UHGV virus genome: UHGV-1699724
DNA: 17,225 nucleotides
Source: a virus
Strand: one strand, 5' to 3'
Below, one piece after another: positions 8,009 to 17,194 of the stretch. The notes below the pieces were generated by a model. The model was not told the origin of the DNA. It saw nothing but the letters and a program-made list of their open reading frames with translations, and searched no databases. The translations under genes were made by a program, and so were the position numbers. Each line of letters begins with the position of its first letter. Position 1 is the stretch's first letter.

Positions 8009-9504
8009 TATGCAGACTCCTCTGAATACTGAAGACGGAACTGGTTAACCACGGCAAAGACACGCAACTGGTTAACATAGTCAGGCGGGAACAGCGTGTT
8101 CAGACGGTTCGGATCGCTGGCATCACGCTCCACAACCAGGTACTGCTTAAACAGTTCGTAGTTTTCCACGATCCCCGCACGCTCAAGCTGACGGTAGGTT
8201 GCCAGCAGTTCCCCTTTGATCACCGCCGGGGTGACAATCGCCTGACCGGGACCAAAGCGGGTACCGTCACTGGCAAGCTTGTGACGCCCGTACTTACTGG
8301 TAATGACGGATTTCAGTTTGCGCAGTACATACGCGCTGGTATGCAGCGTCTCGCTGTCGAGGTAGCTGTTATCCGCAACACCGTAAGCGTTTTTCCTGTA
8401 CGTGGTGACATCACGCTGAATGCGCAGCACCCCGCTTTCGACATACGCCGTTGCCACGCCATGAGACAGCAGGGTCTGTTGTTCGGTCATCGTGAACCGT
8501 TTCCCCTTCGGCGCAGGCAGCATACCCACCAGCTCACCGGTCTGCGTGGGACGTGCCGGATCGTTGCGAATAAACACCGCTGCGCGGGCGGTACGGCTTG
8601 CCGCCAGCTCGTCGGCAGGCGTCTGGGTCTCTTTTTCGTATCCCGCCAGGGTAATGTGCTGCTGGTTAAACTGGTCACCTGCGGTCACCAGTTCTGACAG
8701 CGTGCCGATCTTTGCCGTATACACATGACCATACAGCTGACGCGCATAGCTCCAGCGACCGCTGGTATCGTTCATCTCTGTCACCAGCGTGTTAACGGAG
8801 GCCGTGTCGTTGAACGGCAGGCCAATATAATCAAACGGCTCATCCGCCATTGCAGTCACCGCGCCGGTGAGAACCGGAGCGCCCGTTCCGGCGCTCCCCG
8901 TCGCCACAGCAATCTGTACGCCCGCTGGCAGCACTTCGCCCCCACCAAAGCCGTAGTAATTGAGGCTGACAGGAATTTCATTCCCGCAAAGCCCCTTATG
9001 ACGCGCGGTCAGCGTGACCACGCCTGCCGAAGATGAGGCCGTAAACGGCAGGGCCGGAACGGCATTAATGGCATCTTTGATACTGCCGGCAATCGTCGTG
9101 ACGTTATCGCCGTTGGTCACCGGTGCCTGCACGCGGGTACGTCCCACATACACATTCACCGTGCCGGTTTCGGTTGCCGCCCCGGTCACCGTCAGCGTAA
9201 CCGTTGCCGCCGCGCCTGTGGCTTCCGGAACGGCAATCACATACAGCTCGCCAAACGGGTCAGTCTGGCGATAAGCCTCGACCATACGCGCCAGCTGACT
9301 TCCCGCACCACAAATCTGGCGTGCATAGTCTGCCGACGGCATCAGCACCAGACTGTTGGCAACAATCTCTGCACCGTTATTGGCATGACCAATCAGCAGC
9401 GATGCTCCGCTGTCCTGTGCAGTATTCGCCGCCGAGTTATCCATTTCCGCATAAAACAACGGAACCAGCGTATTCGACGGAATGGTGTTAAAGCTTATCG
9501 TCAT
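8008..9504 (-). CDS. Contractile tail sheath protein (Mu L / gp39-like)
   Basis: 498-aa ORF; N-terminus MTISFNTIPSNTLVPLFYAEMDNS... resembles Mu-type sheath proteins as I recall them. Followed by tube, chaperone and tape measure in canonical order. Confidence 0.85.
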   Translation of the reverse strand: MTISFNTIPSNTLVPLFYAEMDNSAANTAQDSGASLLIGHANNGAEIVANSLVLMPSADYARQICGAGSQLARMVEAYRQTDPFGELYVIAVPEATGAAATVTLTVTGAATETGTVNVYVGRTRVQAPVTNGDNVTTIAGSIKDAINAVPALPFTASSSAGVVTLTARHKGLCGNEIPVSLNYYGFGGGEVLPAGVQIAVATGSAGTGAPVLTGAVTAMADEPFDYIGLPFNDTASVNTLVTEMNDTSGRWSYARQLYGHVYTAKIGTLSELVTAGDQFNQQHITLAGYEKETQTPADELAASRTARAAVFIRNDPARPTQTGELVGMLPAPKGKRFTMTEQQTLLSHGVATAYVESGVLRIQRDVTTYRKNAYGVADNSYLDSETLHTSAYVLRKLKSVITSKYGRHKLASDGTRFGPGQAIVTPAVIKGELLATYRQLERAGIVENYELFKQYLVVERDASDPNRLNTLFPPDYVNQLRVFAVVNQFRLQYSEESA

Positions 9505-9658
9505 CGGTATTCACCTTTTTATTCACGCGCCGGATATCACCCGCTGCTTCACGGCGCAGCCAGTAGTTGTTCTCGTCAACATTTCGCCCTTCGGCGGGCA
9601 AAAGGTCGCCGCGGGCAGGGTCAGGCACTGACCGCCCTTTAACAGGTTTGACAAACAT
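9488..9658 (-). CDS. Small conserved phage protein (Mu gp38-like / DUF2635-like), 56 aa; not in the ORF track
   Basis: Hand translation of the 160-nt gap gives MFVKPVKGRSVPDPARGDLLPAEGRNVDENNYWLRREAAGDIRRVNKKVNTDDDKL. GAGGA lies 5 nt upstream of the ATG at 9658, and the stop (TAA, 9488-9490) overlaps the sheath start by 17 nt. Sequence and position between the gp37-like and sheath genes match Mu gp38 from memory. Missed by the track because it is under 60 aa. Confidence 0.55.
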   Translation of the reverse strand: MFVKPVKGRSVPDPARGDLLPAEGRNVDENNYWLRREAAGDIRRVNKKVNTDDDKL

Positions 9659-9666
9659 GAGGATCC

Positions 9667-10227
9667 TCAGGAAGGAAGGGTTATTTCGGTGTGATGTTCG
9701 ATATCGCCGTCAGGCCCGTTACCGGGCTCGAGATAATCAACATCAATCGCCAGCGTTTGCAGTTCATCCAGACTGTTCAGATCATCCTGCTGGCGGGTAT
9801 CGTCTTCAGTCAGCTCGCTGATGACCGAAAAATCGAACTGATAAATCAGCTCATGACGATTCAGATCCAGCAGCGTGCCGCCGTCATAGGTAATCGGGTT
9901 ACCGCACGCCTCCGGGTTCCAGCCCAGCAGAGCCTTAAAGAGCATCTGCCGGACATCGTCCACCACATCATACGAGGCAAACTGACCGCGCTCATCACGC
10001 CCGTTACTCAGTATGACAACCACGGAGAAACCCTCTTTCAGCTCCTGCCAGTAGTCGGTCTGGCTTTTGTTTTCTCCCGGAGAATCATCACCCGGTACAA
10101 CATATGCCGCCGGGAGTTTCAGCTTTCCGACCTCCGGCAGATTTTTGAACTGGGCCGCGCCTGCAACCCGGTTTTCAAAATACGGGCAGCGGGCACGCAG
10201 CGCAGCAATAACAGGCGTCAGTTTCAT
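9667..10227 (-). CDS. Tail-proximal structural protein, putative tail terminator/completion protein (Mu gp37 / DUF1834-like)
   Basis: 186-aa ORF with ATGA overlap to the upstream gene at 10224-10227; sits between the head-tail joining genes and the sheath. The family assignment is from memory and is tentative. Confidence 0.45.
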   Translation of the reverse strand: MKLTPVIAALRARCPYFENRVAGAAQFKNLPEVGKLKLPAAYVVPGDDSPGENKSQTDYWQELKEGFSVVVILSNGRDERGQFASYDVVDDVRQMLFKALLGWNPEACGNPITYDGGTLLDLNRHELIYQFDFSVISELTEDDTRQQDDLNSLDELQTLAIDVDYLEPGNGPDGDIEHHTEITLPS

Positions 10228-10730
10228 CTGTGTCGTCGCTCCGGCTTCAGTGATTTACGCAATTCCCGTGCCAGAAAATAGCGTGTCCAGCTGCGGTTCT
10301 TTTCAAGCGTTTCCACCATGAAGTTATTACGTGGAGCCAGTCGCCAGCCGCTGCCACCGGATGCACCACGATGATGACTACGACGACGTTTTGCTCCTCC
10401 CCGGACACCAAAAAACAGAAACGCCGGATAGAAGTCACCAGAGATCATCCGGTTCCCCTTCCCGTTGCGCTGGTTAGGGGCAATGCGTGTCATAAAACCG
10501 GCTCGCTTTTTACTGGCTCTCGGCACCATATAACCAATCGAACGAGCCAGGCGTCCGGTCTGATAACCGGGGTTTTCACCCGGTGCCGACCGCGCACGGC
10601 GCATCACCAGCCGACGGGCATCACGCATATGACGCTGCCCAATCGTGACAAACGCCCGCCGGACACGGGCGCGGTTAAAGCGCATCTCGGCGGGCTGCTG
10701 AACATCAACGTGAAAAAAGGGAGTCTCCAT
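10224..10730 (-). CDS. HK97 gp10-family phage protein (head-tail joining / tail completion)
   Basis: 168-aa basic ORF with motifs GRLARSIGY, DFYPAFLFFGVRGG and RNNFMVETLE that resemble the HK97 gp10 family pattern. GGAGG lies 5 nt upstream of the ATG. Confidence 0.65.
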   Translation of the reverse strand: METPFFHVDVQQPAEMRFNRARVRRAFVTIGQRHMRDARRLVMRRARSAPGENPGYQTGRLARSIGYMVPRASKKRAGFMTRIAPNQRNGKGNRMISGDFYPAFLFFGVRGGAKRRRSHHRGASGGSGWRLAPRNNFMVETLEKNRSWTRYFLARELRKSLKPERRHR

Positions 10731-11115
10731 TGCTGCCTCCGTGACTCTGCCTACATTCGCCCAGCTCCGTACACTCCAGCAGCAGAAAGCGCCGCGCCCC
10801 GTTCAGATCACGCTGACGTTTCACCCGGTACACACTGTCATCACAGACCACCTCATAATCAGCAGTGATCCCCCGGCGGTAACGAATGGTGATGTAATGG
10901 GTGATGGCGTCCCCGGTCTGCGCGGTTTCCTGCCAGGTGGTGGCACTGGTCTGGATAACCTTCGCCCATGTCCGGAACGTAACCGGGTATTGAGGCTCCA
11001 CGCCAAAGTTATCCGCGGGCATATCCACCCGCTGGCGGATCAGGACGCGTTTATTCAGTTCACCGGGGTCCGGCAGAATGTAGGTTGCGCTGGTCTGCGC
11101 CTGACGAATTTTCAT
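10705..11115 (-). CDS. Head-tail adaptor / head closure protein (HK97 gp7-like, Phage_H_T_join-like)
   Basis: 136-aa ORF; the region ITHYITIRYRRGITADYEVVCDDSVYRVKRQRDLNGARRFLLLECTEL fits the head-tail joining family pattern. ATGA overlap with the connector gene at 11112-11115. Confidence 0.7.
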   Translation of the reverse strand: MKIRQAQTSATYILPDPGELNKRVLIRQRVDMPADNFGVEPQYPVTFRTWAKVIQTSATTWQETAQTGDAITHYITIRYRRGITADYEVVCDDSVYRVKRQRDLNGARRFLLLECTELGECRQSHGGSNGDSLFSR

Positions 11116-11435
11116 TGCGGAAAGTACCTGTACGGGCCGACAAGCCAGCCAAAACTCTGCGGCATGTCGAGTTTCTCCACTTCCGTAACCGACGAGCGGT
11201 TTTCGTAAAAATGGCTGATAAGCATCAGCATCCCCAGACGAATATCATCCGGCAGGTGCAGCCCGTCAGGATCGCTGTCCGGAATGGTTTCATCCGGTGC
11301 ATAGAGCTTCCGGTTCAGATACGTTTCCGTCCGCTTTTGTGCCGCACAGGCCAGCAGTTGCAGATGGCGGTCATCAGCATCGAAATCCTCATCCAGCCGG
11401 AGTTGGGCTTTAATCTCTTCCATTGTCAGAAGCAT
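11112..11435 (-). CDS. Head-tail connector protein (HK97 gp6-like)
   Basis: 107-aa acidic ORF beginning MLLTMEEIKAQLRLDEDFDADD..., typical of gp6-like connector proteins, in the expected position after the capsid gene. Confidence 0.7.
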   Translation of the reverse strand: MLLTMEEIKAQLRLDEDFDADDRHLQLLACAAQKRTETYLNRKLYAPDETIPDSDPDGLHLPDDIRLGMLMLISHFYENRSSVTEVEKLDMPQSFGWLVGPYRYFPQ

Positions 11436-11437
11436 AC

Positions 11438-11638
11438 TCAGCCCTCTTTACTGGTCGTGGCTTTTTTCTCTTTTGTTGCTTTACTGCTTTTTGCACTGGT
11501 TCCGCGCTCTGCTAACCCGGTCTGAAGTGCAATCTCCTGCACCCGGGCAGGAAGCGCCCCGTCGTCATACTCACCGGCCCGAATGACCTCAACACGCATA
11601 CCGTCCGGTGACCATTTCAGATCTTGTTTCAGGATCAT
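11438..11638 (-). CDS. Small hypothetical protein (66 aa, Lys/Ser/Thr-rich C-terminal tail)
   Basis: ORF MILKQDLKWSPDGMRVEVIRAGEYDDGALPARVQEIALQTGLAERGTSAKSSKATKEKKATTSKEG. Its stop is 2 nt before the connector start and it lies between the capsid and connector genes. No family recognised. Confidence 0.45.
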   Translation of the reverse strand: MILKQDLKWSPDGMRVEVIRAGEYDDGALPARVQEIALQTGLAERGTSAKSSKATKEKKATTSKEG

Positions 11639-11658
11639 GATTCTTCACCCGTCAGAAC

Positions 11659-11680
11659 AGGGGCGCGGTTCCGCGCCCCT
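11659..11680 (-). other. GC-rich perfect hairpin 7 nt after the major capsid stop codon (no U-tract)
   Basis: AGGGGCGCGG-tt-CCGCGCCCCT: 10-nt perfect inverted repeat arms, with the capsid stop TAA at 11687-11689. On the mRNA the following bases are GTTCTGACGGG, so it is not a canonical intrinsic terminator. Confidence 0.5.
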
Positions 11681-11686
11681 GAGTGA

Positions 11687-12892
11687 TTACGCCACTGCAA
11701 TCTTCAGCAGTTTGATGGCCTGCGAATCGACCAGCATGCCGCCGGTGCGTTTGGTGGTATAAAAACCGACAAACGGTTTATTGGTGTACGGGTCACGCAG
11801 AATGCGGGTGCCGATACGGTCAACGATGGTGTAACCCCGTTTGAAGTTACCAAATGCAATGGCTTTCGCATCAGCGGCGATATCCGGCATCTGTTCGTTT
11901 TCAGCGATACCGTAACCCGCCAGAGAGGACGGCTGCCCCAGCTCCAGCCCCGGACGCCACAGATAGTTACCCTCGCTGTCTTTCAGCAGACGGATGGCAA
12001 ACAGGCTATTGTTGTTCATCATGAACTTCGCGCCGGTGCGGTGTGCCTTACGCAGCGTGTAAATCAGTTTGATAATGGCGTCTGCGGTCACCGCCGTCGC
12101 GTCGCCGGATACAATATGCTGAAGTTTGCCGAACGCCCGGACCTTATCGGTTTCATCCGTGGATTCATACGCCAGGAACCCTTTCGGCTTCTTGGTACCA
12201 TCGCCGGTGGTAAAGGCAATTTCTTCCTGTTCGGCAAATTCGGTTGCCAGCTCGCTGTTGATCCATGCTTCCACGTTGAAAAAGGCATCATCCAGCATTT
12301 TCTGGGTGGCCTGCGGGTTACCGTAGATTTCCCCCATGAAAGGTTCAATCAGGCCCAGTTTTGAGGTGGCAGTCTGGGAGCGCGCGTCAGTCTCGCCAAC
12401 CCATCCGGAAGCCGTGCCGCCCAGATTCACCAGTTTTTTGTAGTCGGAACCACCAACGGTGATCACCGTGGCTTCCTGGCGCATCACCACTTCATCTTTC
12501 AGCAGGGTGAGAATGTTGCGATCCAGTGCTTCCGGCACGGCATAGCCGCCGTCTTCATCGGTGCCCACCTGTAATGCCTTGCGCTCCAGATCGCGCAGAC
12601 CATCTTCACGGCCTTTACGCAGGAAGCCCACAAACGCTTCTTTATGCTCGGTGGCCAGTTTATTTTGCGCACCACCTGCCGGACGTTTCAGCTCAAGCAG
12701 CTCTTTTTCAAGATCGCTTTTGAGGTTTTCCAGCTCGCTGAGTTTCCCGTTCAGGGTTTCCACCTGCCCGGCAAGCTTGCCTTTTTCCTGCTCAATCGCA
12801 TCCACGCGCTTGTCGTTCTTTGCTTTGAAGTCGTCAAACTTCTGCTGCAGCTCCTGCGCGACCTGTTCGACATCTTTAATATCTACCGCCAT
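11687..12892 (-). CDS. Major capsid protein, HK97 fold with N-terminal coiled-coil delta/scaffold domain
   Basis: 401-aa ORF. The first ~100 residues are heptad-like and charged (KLAGQVETLNGKLSELENLKSDLEKELLELK), followed by a capsid body. AGGAGA lies 6 nt upstream of the ATG, directly after the protease gene. Confidence 0.9.
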   Translation of the reverse strand: MAVDIKDVEQVAQELQQKFDDFKAKNDKRVDAIEQEKGKLAGQVETLNGKLSELENLKSDLEKELLELKRPAGGAQNKLATEHKEAFVGFLRKGREDGLRDLERKALQVGTDEDGGYAVPEALDRNILTLLKDEVVMRQEATVITVGGSDYKKLVNLGGTASGWVGETDARSQTATSKLGLIEPFMGEIYGNPQATQKMLDDAFFNVEAWINSELATEFAEQEEIAFTTGDGTKKPKGFLAYESTDETDKVRAFGKLQHIVSGDATAVTADAIIKLIYTLRKAHRTGAKFMMNNNSLFAIRLLKDSEGNYLWRPGLELGQPSSLAGYGIAENEQMPDIAADAKAIAFGNFKRGYTIVDRIGTRILRDPYTNKPFVGFYTTKRTGGMLVDSQAIKLLKIAVA

Positions 12893-12906
12893 CGTATTTC
12901 TCCTGA

Positions 12907-13557
12907 TTAGAAGTTCAGATTTTTCAGTGCATTCAGTGCAGAGCTCACATCCTCAGCGTCGCGCAGGGACAGTGCGCCATAGCCCCCGGCCATGAATGCT
13001 TTGGCCTGGGTACGGGAGAGTCCGACATCACGCAGGACTCTTTCGATTTTTTTCTGTTCGGGGATTTCCCCGCGGGCCAGCGCGTTCTTGACGTCGCTGA
13101 TCCGCGCCTCGTCGTTAGACGGGAACGTCACCAGACTGACTTCCCAGAGGTCGATTTCTTTCAGCAGAAAGGCTTCTTTCGTCCGGTCGTATTCCCAGTC
13201 TTTCAGGACGTACCCAATAGAAAGGCCGGTTAACGAACCGGCCTTCATGTGTGCATGTGCGCGTTTTGCGAGGGGATCATCATCAATAAGCAACCGTCCC
13301 CTGACGTAAAGCCCGACATCGTCTTCCTTCATTTCGGTGTAAACACCGATGGGTTCATCCATGCGGTGCTGCCAGAGCAGCGCAGGTAACGCTTTTCTGT
13401 CACTCCACGCCCGCAGGGAAGCGGCAAATGCCCCTGACATCACCACATCATCGTGGCTGTCCTTTACACCAAAGACGGAGCCATACCCTTCAAACTCACC
13501 GGAGTCACTGACAGATTTCAGACTCAGCGGTACATCAAGACGTTGTTTCGTCTGCAT
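12907..13557 (-). CDS. Prohead maturation protease (HK97 gp4-like)
   Basis: N-terminal region with ...FEGYGSVFGVKDSHDDVV... in the position between portal and capsid. The track starts at 13593, where no Shine-Dalgarno is visible; the ATG at 13557 (MQTKQR...) has AAGGA upstream and is preferred. Either start overlaps the portal 3' end. Confidence 0.8.
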   Translation of the reverse strand: MQTKQRLDVPLSLKSVSDSGEFEGYGSVFGVKDSHDDVVMSGAFAASLRAWSDRKALPALLWQHRMDEPIGVYTEMKEDDVGLYVRGRLLIDDDPLAKRAHAHMKAGSLTGLSIGYVLKDWEYDRTKEAFLLKEIDLWEVSLVTFPSNDEARISDVKNALARGEIPEQKKIERVLRDVGLSRTQAKAFMAGGYGALSLRDAEDVSSALNALKNLNF

Positions 13558-14776
13558 TGGCGTTATCCTTCTGCTTACCGGCTTTACTGCCATCGGAGGG
13601 TTTCGTGGTCATGTTCATCGGTGTGAGATAGACATCACCACCGGGACGCGGATTCATATCTTCCAGGTCGCGGCAGTCATTGGGAGAGTAAATTCCCCAA
13701 TTGATCCCGGTAGCGTAGGCTTCAAAACGGGACTTCATATCCCCGCGCAGTAAGGCCCCGGCGTTAAATTTGGCGTAATAAACGCCCTGCTTACTTTTTC
13801 GTACCAGTCCGGTGTTGATCCGCTGCTCAATGCGGGTCAGATACGGCACCAGTGAATAGTTGATAAATCCCAGCCCCAGCTCTTCGATATTGTTGAAGGT
13901 GGCGCGATCGGTGTTCTGCACCATGTGCAATGGCACCCGGAACAGACGACAGATTTCTTCAAGCTGAAACTTGCGGGTTTCCAGGAACTGGCTGTCCTCG
14001 GCGTTCAGCGCCATCGACTTCCAGTCCAGCCCCATCTCAAGGATCATCGGGCGGTGAGCATTGCCAAGCCCGGTGTGACGCTCCTCAAAATCTTTCTTCA
14101 GGCGCTCATAAGCCTGATCTGACAGCGTCTGCTCTGTACGCAACACACCCGACGTCACCGCGCCATTGCTGAACAGTCTGGCCCCGTGCTCTTCGGTCGC
14201 TGCCGCCAGCGATATTGCCTCGCGGGCATAGGCGATGGGATTCAGCCCCACCAGTCCGTCCAGCGTCAGCGTGCGCACATGCCAGATATCTTCCTGGCTC
14301 AGTACATCCGTGGAGCCATCCGGGAATGTGACCTGATAGACCGGCTCCCAGCTACTGTTAAGCTTCGGTACCACACAGCCGGGATCGACGGGCAGCAGTT
14401 CAGCCACTTCGCCAAATGCTTTCACTTTGTAGGCGTAAAAGTTTCCCCGCAGGCACAGACAGGTGACCACCAGCTCCCAGAACTCCTGCGGCGTCATATA
14501 GCCATTGGGATGCGTGGAGATCAGCTTATGCAGACGTTCGCCAGTGGCTCTCTGCTTCAGGCTGCCGTTCAGGTGATACAGGTTGCAGGGCAACATCCCG
14601 ACCGACTCCGCCAGCACCCTGACACAGGAAAAAACCGCCGTCAGTCGCATGGCCCGCTGGCTGCTGATCTGCTTTCCGGTATAGGTGTCGTAGGACAACC
14701 CGATAGCATCCGCCAGCTCTGCTGGCGTGGTCACCGGTGCGTCACTTTTTCGTTGAAATAATCCCGAAAAGAACAC
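13535..14776 (-). CDS. Portal protein (HK97 family)
   Basis: 413-aa ORF placed after the large terminase and before the protease. GTG start with GGAGGT 5 nt upstream; the start overlaps the stop of the small membrane ORF (TAGTG). Confidence 0.85.
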   Translation of the reverse strand: MFFSGLFQRKSDAPVTTPAELADAIGLSYDTYTGKQISSQRAMRLTAVFSCVRVLAESVGMLPCNLYHLNGSLKQRATGERLHKLISTHPNGYMTPQEFWELVVTCLCLRGNFYAYKVKAFGEVAELLPVDPGCVVPKLNSSWEPVYQVTFPDGSTDVLSQEDIWHVRTLTLDGLVGLNPIAYAREAISLAAATEEHGARLFSNGAVTSGVLRTEQTLSDQAYERLKKDFEERHTGLGNAHRPMILEMGLDWKSMALNAEDSQFLETRKFQLEEICRLFRVPLHMVQNTDRATFNNIEELGLGFINYSLVPYLTRIEQRINTGLVRKSKQGVYYAKFNAGALLRGDMKSRFEAYATGINWGIYSPNDCRDLEDMNPRPGGDVYLTPMNMTTKPSDGSKAGKQKDNANADETTS

Positions 14777-14958
14777 TATTTACCTCCGCCGACAGACGAC
14801 TGTGTACGGTCGAGATATCGCGCCACCAGCCACGACCAGAACAGGCACAACGCCCCGGCAACAACAAACCCCGCCGGGGGATAAATCAGCCAGGCACCAT
14901 ACGCCAGCAAAAGCACCCCCAGCACGCCCACCAGAGGCGCGAGAATCAGCATGATCAT
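14776..14958 (-). CDS. Small hydrophobic protein, two predicted transmembrane helices (60 aa; possibly e14 YmfR-like)
   Basis: [60 protein letters not shown] has two hydrophobic stretches separated by PPAG. GAGGT lies upstream of the ATG, 11 nt after the terminase stop, and the stop overlaps the portal start. E. coli e14 carries a 60-aa ORF (ymfR) between its terminase and portal remnants; I recall the position, not the sequence. Confidence 0.55.
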   Translation of the reverse strand: MIMLILAPLVGVLGVLLLAYGAWLIYPPAGFVVAGALCLFWSWLVARYLDRTQSSVGGGK

Positions 14959-14969
14959 AATTACCTCAG

Positions 14970-16703
14970 TTAAAGCGAGCGGATCCCGTAGGACTCAATG
15001 TGGTCGGACAGCGTGTCTTCTTTCTCATACAGCATGGCTCTGCCAACCGCCATAATCAGCGCAACTGCACCATCGATTTTGTTTTCCGCCTGCTCTTTGA
15101 CGGGCTTCACCACATCATCGTTACCCGGAATGGTTTTGCCGACCACGTTGCCGATACACCAGGTCATGATGGGATTGCCATCATGATGAAAGCGCCCCGA
15201 TTCAATTGCCGCTTCCAGCTCTTTCATCGGGTCGGACATGTTGGTGTAGTTCTGAATGATGGTGATGGGATTCAGGTCTTCATCAGCAAGGTCATGTGAC
15301 AGCCCGGTAGCCCCGAAGGGGTCGATGGGTGACTCGCTGACCGGGCTGATTTTGTTCGCCGCTTTGGCCTCTTCGAGGATGTAGCGATAATCCACCTCTG
15401 CACCATCGGTAACGGTCAGGACGCCCATTTCCACCCATTTCTGAAAGCGTTCGGCTGTCCGGCGATCTTCATTTTTCTCGACGCTGTACACCGTGTCATA
15501 CGGTACCCAGAAACGCGGGGCCACACTGTAGTAATGCGTTTTACCGTCAATCTCGCGGGTATAAAGTCGCGCCATGCTGTTCATATCCAGCTTACGGGCC
15601 AGGTCAAAGGCCAGAATGCACGGCTGCCCCTCGAACTGCTCAAGGGTCAGTGATTTATCCTCGCAGCTCTGCCAGCTCACCAGGTTGAAATACGCCGAAC
15701 GCGCCGACACCCAGATATTGAGGTGTTTTGTTTTAAAGACGTTTGCCAGACGGGCGTTATTTTTCGCACGCTGCTGCTGACTTAACAAAAATTCGCGATA
15801 AACCGACACGCCAATATTCGGGTTAGCTTTTTCCAGCACCTGCGGGTCGGTCCAGTCATCGCCTTCGTCAACGGTATAGATGATCCCGAACAGTTCATCG
15901 TTGGGTACCGACCCGTTGAGCATCTCGATAACTTCCCGTCGCTTGTCGTAGCACGGCCCCTCAATGTTGTACCCGGCAGTAGTAATGGCCCACATCAGTG
16001 GCTGACGTCGCGCCCCCATCCCGGTAAGCATCGTGGTGTAAAGCGCATCGGTGGCGTGCTCGTGATATTCATCCACCACCGCACAGTGGGGTGATGAACC
16101 ATCACCGGGGTTACCGATCAGCGGTTCAAACCGCGCGCCATCCTCCGGACGATTCATGTTTGAGGCGTTAACCTCAATCCCGAACGCTTCCGTCAGCATG
16201 GGTGTGCGTTTACACATCAGTCGCGCCGGGCGAAAGACTTCCCACGCCTGTTTCTCTGTCGTGGCACCGGAATACACTTCCGCGCCAAACTCGTTATCAC
16301 AGGCAAAACAATACAGGGCAACACCGGCAGAGATTGCCGATTTGCCGTTCTTACGGGGGATTTCGGTATACACCTCCCGGAAGCGGCGCAGCCGGGACCC
16401 TTTATTGACCCAGCCAAACGCACAGCAGACCACAAATAGCTGCCATGGCTCCAGCGTGATGGGCATCCTCTTGAATGCCCACTCACCCTTGGTGTGCGGC
16501 AACAGCTGAATAAATTTGGCGGCCCGTTCAGCCAGGTCCTTGTCGAAGCGGTAACGAAACGACTTACTTTTTTCCGCCATCAGGTCATCAAGATGGCGCT
16601 GGCAGGCCTGAATCACAAACTGGCAGGCCACAATCTTTCCGCGCACAACATCACGGGCATACTGATTGGCAGCATTTACGTTGGGGTAAGATTTCCGGCT
16701 CAT
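14970..16703 (-). CDS. Terminase large subunit (HK97-type)
   Basis: 577-aa ORF with a P-loop-like motif [16 protein letters not shown] near the N-terminus and acidic nuclease-like motifs in the C-terminal half. ATGA overlap with the small terminase stop at 16700-16703. Confidence 0.9.
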   Translation of the reverse strand: MSRKSYPNVNAANQYARDVVRGKIVACQFVIQACQRHLDDLMAEKSKSFRYRFDKDLAERAAKFIQLLPHTKGEWAFKRMPITLEPWQLFVVCCAFGWVNKGSRLRRFREVYTEIPRKNGKSAISAGVALYCFACDNEFGAEVYSGATTEKQAWEVFRPARLMCKRTPMLTEAFGIEVNASNMNRPEDGARFEPLIGNPGDGSSPHCAVVDEYHEHATDALYTTMLTGMGARRQPLMWAITTAGYNIEGPCYDKRREVIEMLNGSVPNDELFGIIYTVDEGDDWTDPQVLEKANPNIGVSVYREFLLSQQQRAKNNARLANVFKTKHLNIWVSARSAYFNLVSWQSCEDKSLTLEQFEGQPCILAFDLARKLDMNSMARLYTREIDGKTHYYSVAPRFWVPYDTVYSVEKNEDRRTAERFQKWVEMGVLTVTDGAEVDYRYILEEAKAANKISPVSESPIDPFGATGLSHDLADEDLNPITIIQNYTNMSDPMKELEAAIESGRFHHDGNPIMTWCIGNVVGKTIPGNDDVVKPVKEQAENKIDGAVALIMAVGRAMLYEKEDTLSDHIESYGIRSL

Positions 16704-17194
16704 GACTCGATGATTTTCAGAAACGGGTTAGTGGCTTTCTTCTGCCCCGCCAGGCCAATCAGACGCTGGCGGCTGCTGGGGTCGAGTCCGAGCATTGCCC
16801 CCGTGCTGCTCATCTCGGACTCCTGTTCTTTTTTGGCGGTCAGCTCCGGATTTTTGACCCTGCCGCCCATTGCACCGGTGATGGTGTTGCCCTGTATGGC
16901 AATATTTTTCACGGCACGTCGCCAGAACTCATAGGCCACGCACCACCGCTCAAGCACCGCGAGGTCAGTCACGCACAACAGGCCCTGACCGCAGAGTTCT
17001 TTGGTTGTCAGTTGCCACATGATCGTGGCGAGAGGGAGATTTTCTTCTGCGAACCACTCCGGTGGCTCAACACCTTTGATGGGCGTAAAAACAGGTTCAT
17101 CTTTATTCAGGGCTCGCTTGCCGGGGTTTCCGGCCAGCGCCTTGCGCGCCGTTGGCTTGGGGCGACGCCCGGAACGCCCCGCCGTTCCAGCCAT
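16700..17194 (-). CDS. Terminase small subunit (P27-family-like)
   Basis: N-terminus [30 protein letters not shown] matches the basic GRPPKP...GNPGKR pattern of P27-type small terminases, directly upstream of and overlapping the large terminase. The track's extension to 17215 (MYKRQPH...) starts from a GTG inside adapter sequence and is rejected; the true ATG is at 17194. Confidence 0.8.
   Translation of the reverse strand: MAGTAGRSGRRPKPTARKALAGNPGKRALNKDEPVFTPIKGVEPPEWFAEENLPLATIMWQLTTKELCGQGLLCVTDLAVLERWCVAYEFWRRAVKNIAIQGNTITGAMGGRVKNPELTAKKEQESEMSSTGAMLGLDPSSRQRLIGLAGQKKATNPFLKIIES

Noticed and set aside
8008-9504. Possible tandem repeat in the sheath gene (TVTLTVTGAATETGTVNV region) and a Thr/Ser/Ala-rich stretch in the DNA-circularization protein
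   Set aside because: These are low-complexity protein segments, not DNA-level tandem repeats; no repeated nucleotide unit was evident on inspection.
9691-10281. Long plus-strand ORF (196 aa) and similar plus-strand ORFs elsewhere (e.g. 5914..6237, 10371..10868, 12561..12995, 14186..14761)
   Set aside because: All are fully embedded antisense to well-supported, tightly coupled minus-strand structural genes. Their translations are low-complexity and Arg/Ser/Pro-rich, which is typical of antisense reading of GC-rich genes.
12907-13593. Protease start at 13593 (MAVKPVSRRITPMQ...)
   Set aside because: No Shine-Dalgarno motif upstream and a 59-nt overlap with the portal gene. The ATG at 13557 with AAGGA upstream is more plausible, though the longer form cannot be excluded without N-terminal data.
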